A stretch of DNA of 64,000 nt from Curvularia clavata (Eukaryota). Below, one piece after another: positions 48,410 through 60,128 of the stretch (positions within the stretch are counted from its first letter, which is position 1; each line of letters starts with the position of its first letter). A program made the translations under genes and the position numbers. Where the stretch lies: the NCBI GenBank assembly GCA_023920165.1, contig CP089280.1, positions 868,001-932,000 on the forward strand, written 5' to 3'. The notes below the pieces were generated by a model. That model made no database searches, was not told the DNA's origin, and saw only the letters and a list, made by a program, of their open reading frames with translations.

Positions 48410-49176
48410 ATGTTCTACGTCATGTACCTCACAGGTTAGTGCTGAGTAGACTCCTTTTTTCGTAACCGCGTACCACACAATCGGGTATTAGCCGCCATGT
48501 GGGAGAAATTGCACAGGAGTGCCAATTGGTGTAGGATTGGTATTCTGCCAGTTCTACCTTACCACTTGGTGTTGAAGACCCACAGGATAAATCACTCGAG
48601 AAGGAACGGTCGTTATTACAATCGCTGCACGATGTGCTTTGTTTTCGGCGCTCGGGGATCGAAGACTGACCGTTGACATTAGGCCTTTGCCAGCGACGCC
48701 ATTGGCCCGATCCACTCTTCCAGACCTATCGCACACGCTACGGCTACGGCTCAACAGTACGAGTAAACAACCGTGAATACTCTACAGATGTTGAGTACGA
48801 GTCGGAGGAGCTAGCAAAGAATGCCGCAGCTACCCGAGCCTACATGATTTGCCGTAACTTTTCGGTAAACGATGGAATGTACCCAGGACAGCGGCCCGGT
48901 CAGGGAGCTCAAGGCCTCCCAACCCCAATTGGAGCAGGTCGTCGGAATACGACTTCATCCAACGACTACGATAGCTCGAGTACCATCAGTGGCAGTACGA
49001 GCCCTAGGAGCTCCGATTCCGGGCTTGACGCTGCGCAGGCAGCCGCAGCGGGTCGACGATCAAGCCAGATTTCCACTACGGCACCAGCGTCAACTTCCTG
49101 TTTCTGCGGCCGCGGATACGTTCGAGCGTATGAGCGATGCTCGAGCTGCCTCCAAGAGGCGGGTTACAGAGTGTAA
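48410..49176 (+). CDS. Small dsRBD-like fold protein; exons 48410-48434 and 48683-49176
   Basis: MFYVMYLTG joins LCQRRHWPDPLFQ..YGSTVRVNNREY..ELAKNAAATRAY, an alpha-beta-beta-beta-alpha dsRBD-like pattern. Intron GTTAGT..CTGAC..TAG. C-terminal CFC..CSSC. Confidence 0.7.
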
Positions 49177-51124
49177 AACAGAAGCACACTGACCGGACGC
49201 GCATCAATGGATGACGACACTCATATCGATGTCGGTATCAAACATCAGCAACAACGAACGACGCAAGATCTTACGAAACCCAATCGCCTTGATATTTCTA
49301 AACCCTAAAAGAGACCTGAAGAGCCCAAGCTCAGCGATACCAACGACACAAATTACTACGAACCCTTATTTAACGGCCTGACATGACGATACCACTCGCT
49401 CTCCTTTTTCCTTGCTTTGCTTTGAGATGGGTAGTGTCTTGTTGCCCTGTCCATTGGCTTAGTCAGAGATTAGATGTGCGTGTACACGTACCTGTGTATG
49501 TGTTGGAATCGCGCTTGTTTCCATGTCTATAGAATCTCTCCGCCATTGGATGAGCCAGGAGCCTGTTTCGGTTATTCTTATATTGTGTTTCCCTTCTTTA
49601 CTATTCTTCCGAGATGGCTGCATAGCGATGGCATTGAAGCGTTTTAGCGAGTTGAGCTTTTTCCTTTTCCTTCCACCTCTTCCCTTGTGAGCTTTGCTTT
49701 TGGAAGGGGGTCTGGGACCTCAGACGTCATGATATAATGTGGCGGGACGACGGACTAGATGTTGTTCTCCTTTGGTTGGGAGTATTCCCTGTTTAAAAAT
49801 TGGGCTATGAGATCAGAGTGCAACGAATGTAACGAGTTTTCTATCATTGTTTCTCCAAACACATTATCTATAGTGCTGCTTAAGCAGGAAAGTAAGAGAA
49901 ATCGAACTTGTGTTTGTGACAACTGTTGAATTTGCAAGACGAAATATGTATTATTTTCTCATGTGCAGTGTACAGCTATGAACATGCGTCCAAGGAGATG
50001 CAGCAATCGAGTTTATGGTAAACAACAGAGGCAAAGACATCCCTCGCTCAGTCCCTCAAAGTCCCACTCATTTATCAAACCTGTTGTTTACTCAAAAAGC
50101 AGTGTAGTAAGAAAACCATCTAACTCCAATCTCTACTTATCTACCGTTCTCTTTTCAGACGTTGTCGGTTAACGTTGGTCTCAGATCATCTACGCAGCTT
50201 GGACAGGCACTCTTTTCTTTCTTCCCTGACTTCTCTAACCTGGAGGCTAATTTTATTCTAGTCTAACTGAACAAATGAGTAAACAAATGAACAAGCAAAA
50301 ACATAAACTAGCAAACGGAGATATACAGCAATACCACTCCAGCAGAAAATGAGAGTTTTGGGCATATACCTTTTGCCTCCATCTTAGAGCTTATCTTTCT
50401 CTCTTCATAACCCATAACCCCGATCTCTGCTTGTTTCTACCCTCTCTCGCTTCAACAAAAACTTCCGTACACGTATATATCTACATACTGCTACTCTAGC
50501 ACTTATTTTCAAACCCCCAATACACATCACGTCTACCTAAGCGAAGAAGAACCATTCTAGGTACTGACGCCTGAACATTATACTCCTCTATTCTTTCTCT
50601 TTCTTCTTGTAAACGAACAAACGCACATACAGAGGACAAGTAATTCAAACCTTACCTTTTTCAATACTCTTATTTTGATCTTGAACGGAGTTTGGAGAAG
50701 GGAAAAAAAAAGAGGGAGATGAAACGGTATTGCAACCGCCCCTCTTCCCATAGTGATTCCAAATCTCTCCTTGCGCCTTTTTCTCTAAACTCATGCAAAC
50801 CCACTACCATACCGTATCCTCAGTTCAAGAGCCAGAGCCGTGACGCCTTTTTCGTCGGTTGTATCACTGGACCTTCTTTTTGGTTAATATTGTACCATCT
50901 ACCGCTCTATGCAGGGTCATGTCTCACATAGAGAATACAGGCTAGAATATACACTGTTGTCCCCTATGCGCTGGAATGCAGCTTCTCAATTTGCAAAAAG
51001 TCTGCATTTGCTTTGGATTGCGGAAGCGCGAAGCAAACTACCAGTGGGGAAAAAGCTAGATACATTTATGTGCGGATTGACGGCGGTGCTGTAGAAAGAT
51101 TCTTACAGAGAACAGATGATGAAG

Positions 51125-51219
51125 AAGAGAAGAGAAGAGAAGAGAAGAGAAGAGAAGAGAAGAGAAGAGAAGAGAAGAGAAGAGAAGAGAAGAGAAGAGA
51201 AGAGAAGAGAAGAGAAGAG
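51125..51219. repeat. (AAGAG)19 perfect pentanucleotide microsatellite
   Basis: Direct read, 95 nt, about 245 bp downstream of the FWD-1 stop. Confidence 0.95.
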
Positions 51220-51463
51220 GAGAGGGGGCGTAAAGTTGAACATGTCATCATATACATACAGACAGTGAAGGAAATGACACATAAGGATGTATACAGTTGA
51301 TGTTTTTACAAGATGAGTGATCAGGTTGAAGTGATTCGACACCTAGATACATTGTCTGCATTTCCACATTTCCATTCAGACAAGCATACTTCATAAACAT
51401 GACCGTGGAAAAACGTTTCGATTCATTCTAACTCTCATAGCCTGTTTAAAAAAAAAAGGACGT

Positions 51464-54212
51464 CTAGTACGAATCGCCAAAGAATTGACTCGCAAGCGTA
51501 ATATCCTTGTCTCCATTTGCAAAGTCCCAGCCGACAATGGTGGGATCCTGACTACAACAAATGATTCTGCGGGCGTCGAATTGTAGCTTAAAGACACGCG
51601 AGTTTGTGCCGTTGGTGTTGAGGGGCGCAGCAAGGGGGTGGGGAGCGTGGTGATGATGGTGGTGGTGGTGATGGTGGTGTGGCTGGGCATTTGCTGGACC
51701 CGGCTGTCCAACTGCTGCGTGGTTGACTGCCGGGTTGGGTACCGTGGCAGAAGAACCAGCAGCGACTACAGGATTGCTGGCATTGGGTCCGTGCATGGCT
51801 TGTGAGGCTGCATGAAGAGCATGGGCTTGTTGAGCTAGGGTCTGAGCTGCTTGAGCTTGTGCCTGAGCCTGCTGTGCCAGCGTCTGGAAGCTGGTCTGTT
51901 GAGCAGTGGGTATCGGAGCGTTGGCCTGTTGCACCGCGGGATTGGCGTTGGCTGCCGGTTGAACGACAGGTCTCCTGGGCCGGCCGCCAGCAGCTCGAAC
52001 TGCGTCGTTTTGAAGCAGCGTCTGCGACTTTTCCCAAGCCCCGTCAGGTCCTCGCTTCCAGATAATTACAGTCTCGTCGTAAGAGCCAGACACGATACGT
52101 GCCCATTTGCTGCCTCCGCCTCCTGGTGGCAGCTTGGCTCCATAGGCGAAGACTTTGGTTGGGTCTCGTGAACCAGCGTTGCGAGCGCGTCGATCCGCTC
52201 TACTGAGGTTCTGATCGGAGAGCAGGCCACTGGCTTGTGCGGCAAAATAGTTTCGATCCACGACACGTGCCTCAGCCTCTAATTCCTCTTCGTTGCCAGG
52301 CAAGTCGCCGAACTGTGCTTGTACGGTACGTACAAGGTTACTGTGGCCGTTTAAACAGGCAACTTCAGCCCCGGTAGCACGGTCGAATATCCGCACACTC
52401 TCATCTGAGCTGCCACTAACGATGCGTCGTCCATCAAACTGAACACAAGCAATGCCTTTTGTGTGGCCGGAAAATGTTCGTGTGCATGCGCCAGTCCGGA
52501 CATCCCAACATTTGACGCTCCTATCACCAGATGCAGAGACAATCTGTCCGTCAAGAATCTGGATGGCGTTTACCGCTGCGCCATGGCCTTCCAGTGTCAT
52601 GATGAGACTGTAGGGGGCAAGAGGCTTAGAGTAGAGGTGTTGGCTAGCGACCTGTTCCTGCATATTGATAATGTAGGATGGGAACTTGGCGCCAGACTTC
52701 ATGGTTGACGAAGGGTATGTGTCGTCTGTGGGCATCATTTCCTTGCGGTTCCAGACCTTGATTGTCTTGTCTTTGGAGCAAGTTACCAAGTAGCGGTCGT
52801 CAAAGCGGAGATTCAAGACTGATTCCGAGTGCGCCTTGTCGATTTCCTTGATGATGCGCCCGGTAGAGAATCTCCACAGGATGACCCTGCAATCACTGCC
52901 ACCAGACACAATGATATCCTGGTCAGGCCGCTCATCAAACTGTAGGCATAGCACCGAGGCCGAGTGGCCAACAAGGGGTGGGTGTATTAGGCGCAGAGTA
53001 TCCAGGTTCCAAACTCGGATAGTCTTGTCTCGGCTTCCACTGACCAGGTACTTGCCTGAATACTGGATGGTGTAGACGCATTCGGTATGTGCCTCCTCGG
53101 GATGATTGGGGTGGGGAAGCTGGAAGTTTGTGAAACGGCCAGCGCTCCAGTTGTCTTCTAATCGTCTCTTCTGCTTGTACAGGAACTGCCAGTTGATCCT
53201 AGGTTCTGGGCCGGGAAGCAGAAGCGATGGGTGTATTGGAGGACCGCTGGGAACTGTCAAAGCTGTTGAAACTGTTGTGTCGTCGGATGGTAGGCCTTGG
53301 CGCCTTTCACGGCGGGGTGCGTTGGTGGGCGAGGCAAGGGGCGAGTTTCCGTGGAAGGACAGGCCCTCCATCTTGTCGTCGGATTTTGCGGAAGGGCTGT
53401 CATCGGCCTCTACTGCGCCATGCTGCTCACCCCATGCGGTTCCAGCTGAGCGGCCCGCGGACGGATCGGCCGCGTTTTGAGATGGGTTGTCTGGTAGGGT
53501 CCCGTCGCCAAAGAGCTGTTGGTTCCGCACGCGCTTCTTGTGGGATGGCTTGCCGTAGTCGGGGTCTTCGGCTGCTCTGTGCCTGGTCTTGCGTTCCTTC
53601 TCTTTGAACTCGGCGCGCTTCTGTCTTTGCGACTCTTCAAAAGCACGGACTTGGGAGAAGTTTGAGTTCCATCCTTCTAGCCTGAAGAGTAGCTTCCAAA
53701 GAGGACTGTCGAGTACACGCTCCCTCCATGCTCGTGACAAGGTGGATGCGCGTAAGAGGGTCTCTGGGCTGAGGTATGAGAGAATCTGGAAGGTGATCTC
53801 GGGGGGCAGATGTACGACGGGATCGAGGTGCAGAAGAGGGTTCAGCTTCTCGACGATACCGGCTATAGACGAGGTGCGCAGCGAGCGCAGGATGGCATAA
53901 GCGAACTCTGGAAACCAAGATTAGCATAGCTGTGGGCGGTTGCGGGGTGGCAGACTTGCCGCTGCGCTCATTCTCGCTCAGAGCCAGGACCCAGTCGGGC
54001 AGGCTGAAGGGCAGATCCGGGTCGCGGTGGGAATCGGGCAGCCTCATGTCGGTCTGCATGAGCATGTCGCCCTCATTCTGGCTGCGGGTGTCCTCCGAGT
54101 AGCCCTCGTCGAAGCGGTTTGCGCTCATGGCCGAGGCGGGGCGGAAGGGGTGCATGTAGGGTGGGCCGGAAAATTGGTCGTTGTCGTTGGCGGTGCCCAG
54201 CGGGCGTGCCAT
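51464..54212 (-). CDS. fwd-1: F-box/WD40 SCF substrate adaptor, beta-TrCP/FWD-1-like; exons 54212-53960 and 53907-51464 (GC-AG intron)
   Basis: F-box LDPVVHLPPEITFQILSYL. WD40 repeats VSGSRDKTIRVW, GHSASVLCLQFD, GHGAAVNA, GIACVQFDG and RVFKLQFDARRIICCSQ. Q/A and poly-His insert. Confidence 0.85.
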
Positions 54213-55028
54213 TGCGGTGCGCGCGAGCGGCGGGAGACGGGTGGGCTGGTCAAGTGGAGACGACGGTACGGGTCAGTGGGCGGGCGGTGGTCTTGTGTGT
54301 ATGTGTAGAAGGATTGCGGCAACGGTCTTTGTTTTTCTGGGCAGTGCTATGGAGTTGTTTACGGAGCAGCGGTTCAGTTGGGAGCAGCAGTGTTGCCTGG
54401 CGGCCTTGGGATGGAAGCGGCGGGTGGCGGTGGCTAGCGGGACAGGGAGGGCAGGTGCGGTGCATGCAAGCTACCACATGGCGATTCTCGTCTGCGATGT
54501 CGTTGATGTCGCTGATGTCGCGATCACCGTCAGCTCAGGCGCGCCTCGACGACAAGCAAGCACATGTCGTTGGTTGCGACGACGACGAATGCGGCGAGCG
54601 GCCGTGCGCGGGACCGCATTCACTCAGATCTGCGGCTAGCCATCGGCCTAGGCACATGCGGCGTGCGGATGGTGCGGCGACATGGCTCGGCTGTGAGACA
54701 TCAGATGCAAGCCCGCGCTAGGTCAGGTCCAAGGAGCACTAGAAAGATTCGGCCAACGTTCTGTGCGCATGGGGGGGATTGCTTGGACGTGTCGGGCAAC
54801 GGCACTGGCAGAGTCGTCGTCGACGAGACGGGCGGTGGATGGCGGCCCAAGGCATGCCCTTCTGCCGGCAGAACACGCTGACCAGGGCTGGGCAGGGCGA
54901 CGGCGGCGGCGCGTCGTCGATCCACTCATTTCCACGACACCGCAGTGCCTCGACGAAGCACATCTGCCACGGCGACCACCTGACCCTCGGCGGCTCGCCC
55001 GCTGCAGCAACAGGCTGGCAGTGAGCGA

Positions 55029-55075
55029 GTGTGTATCTATGTGTGTGTGTGTGTATATGTGTGTGTGTGCGTGTG
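55029..55075. repeat. Imperfect (GT)n tract in the divergent fwd-1/CDC24 intergenic region
   Basis: Direct read. Confidence 0.8.
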
Positions 55076-55470
55076 AAGAGATGCTGCGCAGAGCCCAACG
55101 CATGGCCTAGTCCAACGGATAATATCCAGGGAGAGAGAGAGGCAGGTCACGTGTCGTTCTGCCGGTCGTGAAACAGCCAACAGGCAGCGCGCCCCCTTTG
55201 AGCGGCAGCCATATGCAACACAGGCGGCACACCCACGACGCTTCGCACACACTCGCACACACTGCTCCTCTACACAAGAAAACTCAGCTCACCTCATCCT
55301 CGCCATCGCCCTCGCAGCGCCGTGCTGCAGCCCTGTGCCCCCCCAGCCGTCATTTTGCATGCTGGCCAGTGCCCCCCACCCCTTGGCCGCTCCGTCTGAG
55401 GTTTAGCTGGCAGCGACCCTGACCGCCTTGGGAGCCTAGCGCCTGGTGCAAGGACATCCATGAAAGCACC

Positions 55471-58400
55471 ATGGAGGGCGGACTATCGTTTCACTCGGGT
55501 CTGGTGAGAGCCCATACTACCTTCACCCTCCCTCCTCCTCCACCTCCCAAATCGCCGTTGCCGTCGTCGCCGCCAAACCCGCCGCCGCAGACAGCACACG
55601 CCCGGATGACCTCGACCGGGCCGCCCGCCCTCATGTCGCACCAGAGCTTCCAGAGCACCTACTCGACCTACTCGCACAGCAGCCTGCGCGACACCCAGAG
55701 CACCCAGGCCACCTCGTCCTCGACCCTCTTTGGCGGCCCCCCGCCCTTTCCCCCATCCACGTCGTCGACGCCCGTCAACGGCGGGCCCGTTGAAGCCTCG
55801 GAGAATGTCCTCAACAAGCGCGCCGACAAGGACACCTCGCTCTTCCAGCGATGCCTGACGCTGCAGATGCGCCTGCGCGGCATCCCCGGCTTCGACCGCT
55901 GGATGGCCGAGGAGGAGGACAAGGCCGACGACGATGCTGACCCCGTCACCCTCCTGTGGAGGACCTTCCGTCGCGGCTACCCCCTCATGGAGCTCTACAA
56001 CGCCCTCGGGCCCCGCACCCTCCTGACCATCCCCAATTCCAAGCAGGACGAGAAGAGCCTCAAGAAGAACGAGAAAATGGCCTGCTACAAGTTCATCCAG
56101 AGCTGTGTCGCCGACCTGGGCATCCCTCAGGAGAGCTGCTTCATCCTCGGCGACCTCTATGGTGACGACACGACTGGTTTCGTAAAGGTGAGGATACCCG
56201 ATTTCGTTATTGACTGCAATACGCAGCCCATTCCAATGATTGCCCTGCTGACCCCTTTCCCTTGCCACCATAGGTCACCAACGTTGTCAACCGTGTATTG
56301 GATGAATTGGTCGCACAAGGCAAGATTTCTGGCGTCACCACCGACTCTGGCGATGGTGCAGAGGGTGTCGCCACCAAGCGCACCCAGCGCGAGCACATCA
56401 TCGATGAATTGGTCAAGACAGAACGCACCTACGTGCAGCACCTGGAGCTACTGCAGGAGTTCAAGAAGTTGGTCGAAGAGAAGGGAGTCATTAGCGGAGA
56501 TTTGGTCCACGACATCTTCCTCAACCTCAACGCCCTCCTGGATTTCCAGCGCCGCTTCCTCATCCGTGTCGAGCAAACAAACGCCCAGCCCGCCGAGGAG
56601 CAAAACTGGGGAAACCTCTTTGTCCTGTACAAGGATGCCTTCAAAGTCTACGAGCCGTACATCGCAAACCAGAGGAAATGTGAGGCCACGGCTATGCGCG
56701 AATTTGACAAGCTCAAGGAGACTGGTGGGCCACCCGAGATGCGACAAATGGTTGAATCGCCGACTTTGCTTGCCTCGTTTTTGTTGAAACCGTTCCAGCG
56801 ACTCACAAAATACCCGCTTCTTCTTCAGGTATGATTTCCCTTGCACCGCACTACTCAACAGTCCCACATACTAAATACACGGCACAGCAACTCCGTGACA
56901 AAGGTGACTTGGACGAACAACGACGAGAAGACATCTCAAAAGGCATCGAAGCTGCCTCATCAGTCCTGGCAGGTACTAACGACGCCATCGCCCGCGAGGA
57001 GCGTGTCGAAGCCGTCGAAGAGCTCAAGCAGCTCGTAGAAGACTGGAAGGGCCACCGCATAGAAGGTTTCGGTGATCTCCTTTTGCACGGCCAGTACACC
57101 GTGTTGAAGGGAGAAGGCATGAGCTCCAAGAACGAGGAACGCGAGGTAGACACCCCCCTTTTTTTGGATCTCACACCATTCGGCTAACACATTCAGTACA
57201 AAATCTATCTCTTTGAGATGATTCTACTCTGTTGCAAAGAAATCAACGTCAATAAGCCCAAGAACAAAATGTCTACACGATCGTTGGTCACCAAGGATGG
57301 CAAGCCAAAACTGCAGCTCAAAGGCCGCATCTTCATGCAAAACGTTACCGAGACAATATCGTTGCAGAAGCCAGGTAAGACTACTAGACTCAATTCCACA
57401 CCATCCAAATTAACACATGCAGGTTCATACACTTGCCAAATCTTCTGGAAAGGCGATCCCGGCATTGAGAATTTCATCATCAAATTCACCTCGGAAGAGA
57501 CCATGAAGAAGTGGGCCATGCAGGTCGACACGCAAAGACGCATCTGGAAGGACCAGGCGCGAACCAGTGCCAGCACCACACACTCCAAGCCTTCAGATAC
57601 CCAATTCAACTACATGCGCGACCAGGTCCTGGAGAACCCCTACCAAGAAGACGATGACGATGAAGGCGACGACGACATTGATCCCGTCACTGGCTACCCA
57701 CGCAATCCATACGGTGTAAGACAAAATTCTTCTACTCCTTCCCTACGATCACGCTCCACGACTGGCGAGAGCGGTCCTCCAATCAATGACGGAGAGCCCA
57801 GAGTGCCGCCTCCACGTTTCCCCATGGGCTACAACGGCCAGCCGCCACTAACACTGCGCACTCAGCAGATCCAGAATGCCTCCAACCAAGAATCATACTT
57901 TTCGCCCACAGCCGAGACACCGCTGCAGACTCCAATGTCGACACACTCAAACGCCCGGACCAGTGCATCATCCAACAATGGCACCTTCCCCTTCCCACGG
58001 CAAGCTCCACCAAATGGATACCATGAAGAGAACAATCGACACACTGCCCCTGCACAATCACGCCACCCCTCTCGTGGTGAAAACACTCCACATCAGCAGG
58101 CCCGGGCTCAACGTCCATCACTACCAGCCAATGCTACCATTTCAGCTCAAGGACGAATGCGAGCGGCTAGTAGCCCTGATATCAACTCCCACCTTCAGGG
58201 ACAGCCACGAAGGCCCCCGCAGCAACCAGTACCTGAGGTACCACCGTTCCCCACACACTACGCCTACAACGCCGCCATTGTCAACCGCAGTGCCAGCAAT
58301 TCTCCCAGCCAAGCCCCACCACGAGCGGCAACCCAATCACCCGCAATCCAGCGAGACCGTTTGATTCAACAACGGACGGCCACCGAGCTGGCAAACCAAA

Positions 58401-58870
58401 GCAATGAGTTCCACGGCGGTCCCCTGCGTCGTGATCCAAGCTTCCCACCCCCCGTGAACCGTACCATGACACCTGCATCTTCTTTCGAACGTAGTCAAGG
58501 TACCCTAACGCCAGCTTCGATGGATTCCCGAAACATGTCGCCACCACTTAGCCAGGATCCCAGCATACCCACTCAGCTCAAGGTCAAAGTACACTGTCCT
58601 TCTGCAGGCAGCTCAATGGTCCTGGTTGTCAGCACCAACATCAGCTACCAGTCGCTCAAAGACCGAATCGACGCCAAACTCCAGAGGTCTACATCGGTAT
58701 CTCTTGGATCCGGTCAAGTCAAGCTAAAATACTTGGATAGCGACAACACCTATGTCAGCATACAGTGTGATGATGACGTCCAAGAAGCATTTGAAAACTG
58801 GAAGGAGCAGCAAAACAATCTCAACCCCGGCGCCGGGCTTGGCGAGATTGAGCTTTTCTGCCAACGGTGA
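55471..58870 (+). CDS. CDC24: Cdc42 GEF Cdc24/Scd1 (CH-DH-PH-PB1); introns 56188-56273, 56829-56887, 57146-57196, 57375-57422; start is 55471 or 55606
   Basis: CH domain DPVTLLWRTFRRGYPL..DLYGDDTTGFVKV. DH domain ELVKTERTYVQHL..LLKPFQRLTKYPLLL. PH domain YLFEMILLCCKE..LQLKGRIF. PB1 domain LKVKV..KLKYLDSD..DDDV. Confidence 0.95.
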
Positions 58871-60128
58871 CTCTCCTAGTCGAGCCGAATGGGACAAGTC
58901 ATTATTCTCTTCAGTGTCGCTGCATCCGGGAGTTTTCTTGTTTTCAAATGGGACACAAATCACACGCTTCATTCACAGTGGGCATTGGTTGGGAGTTTTC
59001 AAGGCGATCGACATACAACGGGTTTCTTTTATCCAGGCAGGCCCTCTTACTGCCTTGAAGAGCATTTGCAACTGGCGAAAAAGAGGGCGGAGTAGGAGAC
59101 TGAACGCATTCTCCTCTTTGATTTCATGGGAAATATTTTATGAAGCATATCATTGAAGGGAAAGAACGGAAAAGGAGGGTGGGAAGGAGAACGATGATGA
59201 TGGGACAGAAATGTGGGGTGAATCAAGAAGGCTTCCTTCCCTCTCAAACCCCATGTTTCAGCGACCGATATACGATATACCTTTTGTTTTTTTCCGGGCA
59301 GACGGCGAGGAAAGGTAGAGAGAAGGAGTGCTTTGTCGACAGCCGGTTTCCCTCTTTTTTTTTTCACACTTTCTTCACTTTGATTTTGCACGGGTTCTTC
59401 TTTCTTTTCTGCTTTCGCTCAAGACAACTTTCGATATACCACATCCGCTTTTTTTGTTTGTTTCTTGTGTAAGGAAGAGAGAGAGAGGGAAATAGAGAGA
59501 GATGGCACAAGAAGCAGCACCTTCAACTGATTACTCAAAGCTTTTCATGTCGTCACTCCTCTACCTCTCTTTCTCTTCTTTTTTCTCATTCATGCTTACT
59601 CTTTTTGCCCTTCTGTTCTTTTCGACTGTTCGAATAAAAAGATGGCTAGGGTGGATAGGTGGGAGGGTAAGGGCGCCTTTGGGTCGTTTTAGTCTATGAT
59701 TGAATGAATGATGGAATGAAATTATCTCTTTGTTTTGAATGTGCAATTAAACTGCAGGTTAGACATTAATTGCCTAACAAGGCCTAGTCGCATTGCTCGC
59801 TCCGCACTCCATCCCCTCTTAACGCGTTAGACGCTGGCTTACCGAATGCAAGACGTAAAATCATAATGGGCATCTGTAGGATTTATAGCATGTTAAGGCT
59901 AACAGTCTGTGGACCAACATGACTCATGCAGGTATTGACATGTCGTCTTCCAAAAGAGGGGCCGAAGGGCGCACTCTAGCGTTTTCCGTCGGTAACCTGT
60001 ACCATGACTACGCTATATAGATGCCCTTACGCCCATCAAGTCTGAAGATAAAAAAAATATGCTCTGTCACAGCCCTTGGCCATTTTTGAGCAGTTTCTTT
60101 CGCTGTTCCCCGTAAAAGCTGGCTCGCA

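Noticed and set aside
49700..50900. Relatively AT-rich stretch as a possible RIP-degraded transposon
   Set aside because: No terminal repeats or transposase/RT remnants are visible, and I saw no obvious extreme TpA enrichment.
51013..51342. ORFs encoding (RREEK)n or (SSLLF)n
   Set aside because: They are translations of the AAGAG microsatellite.
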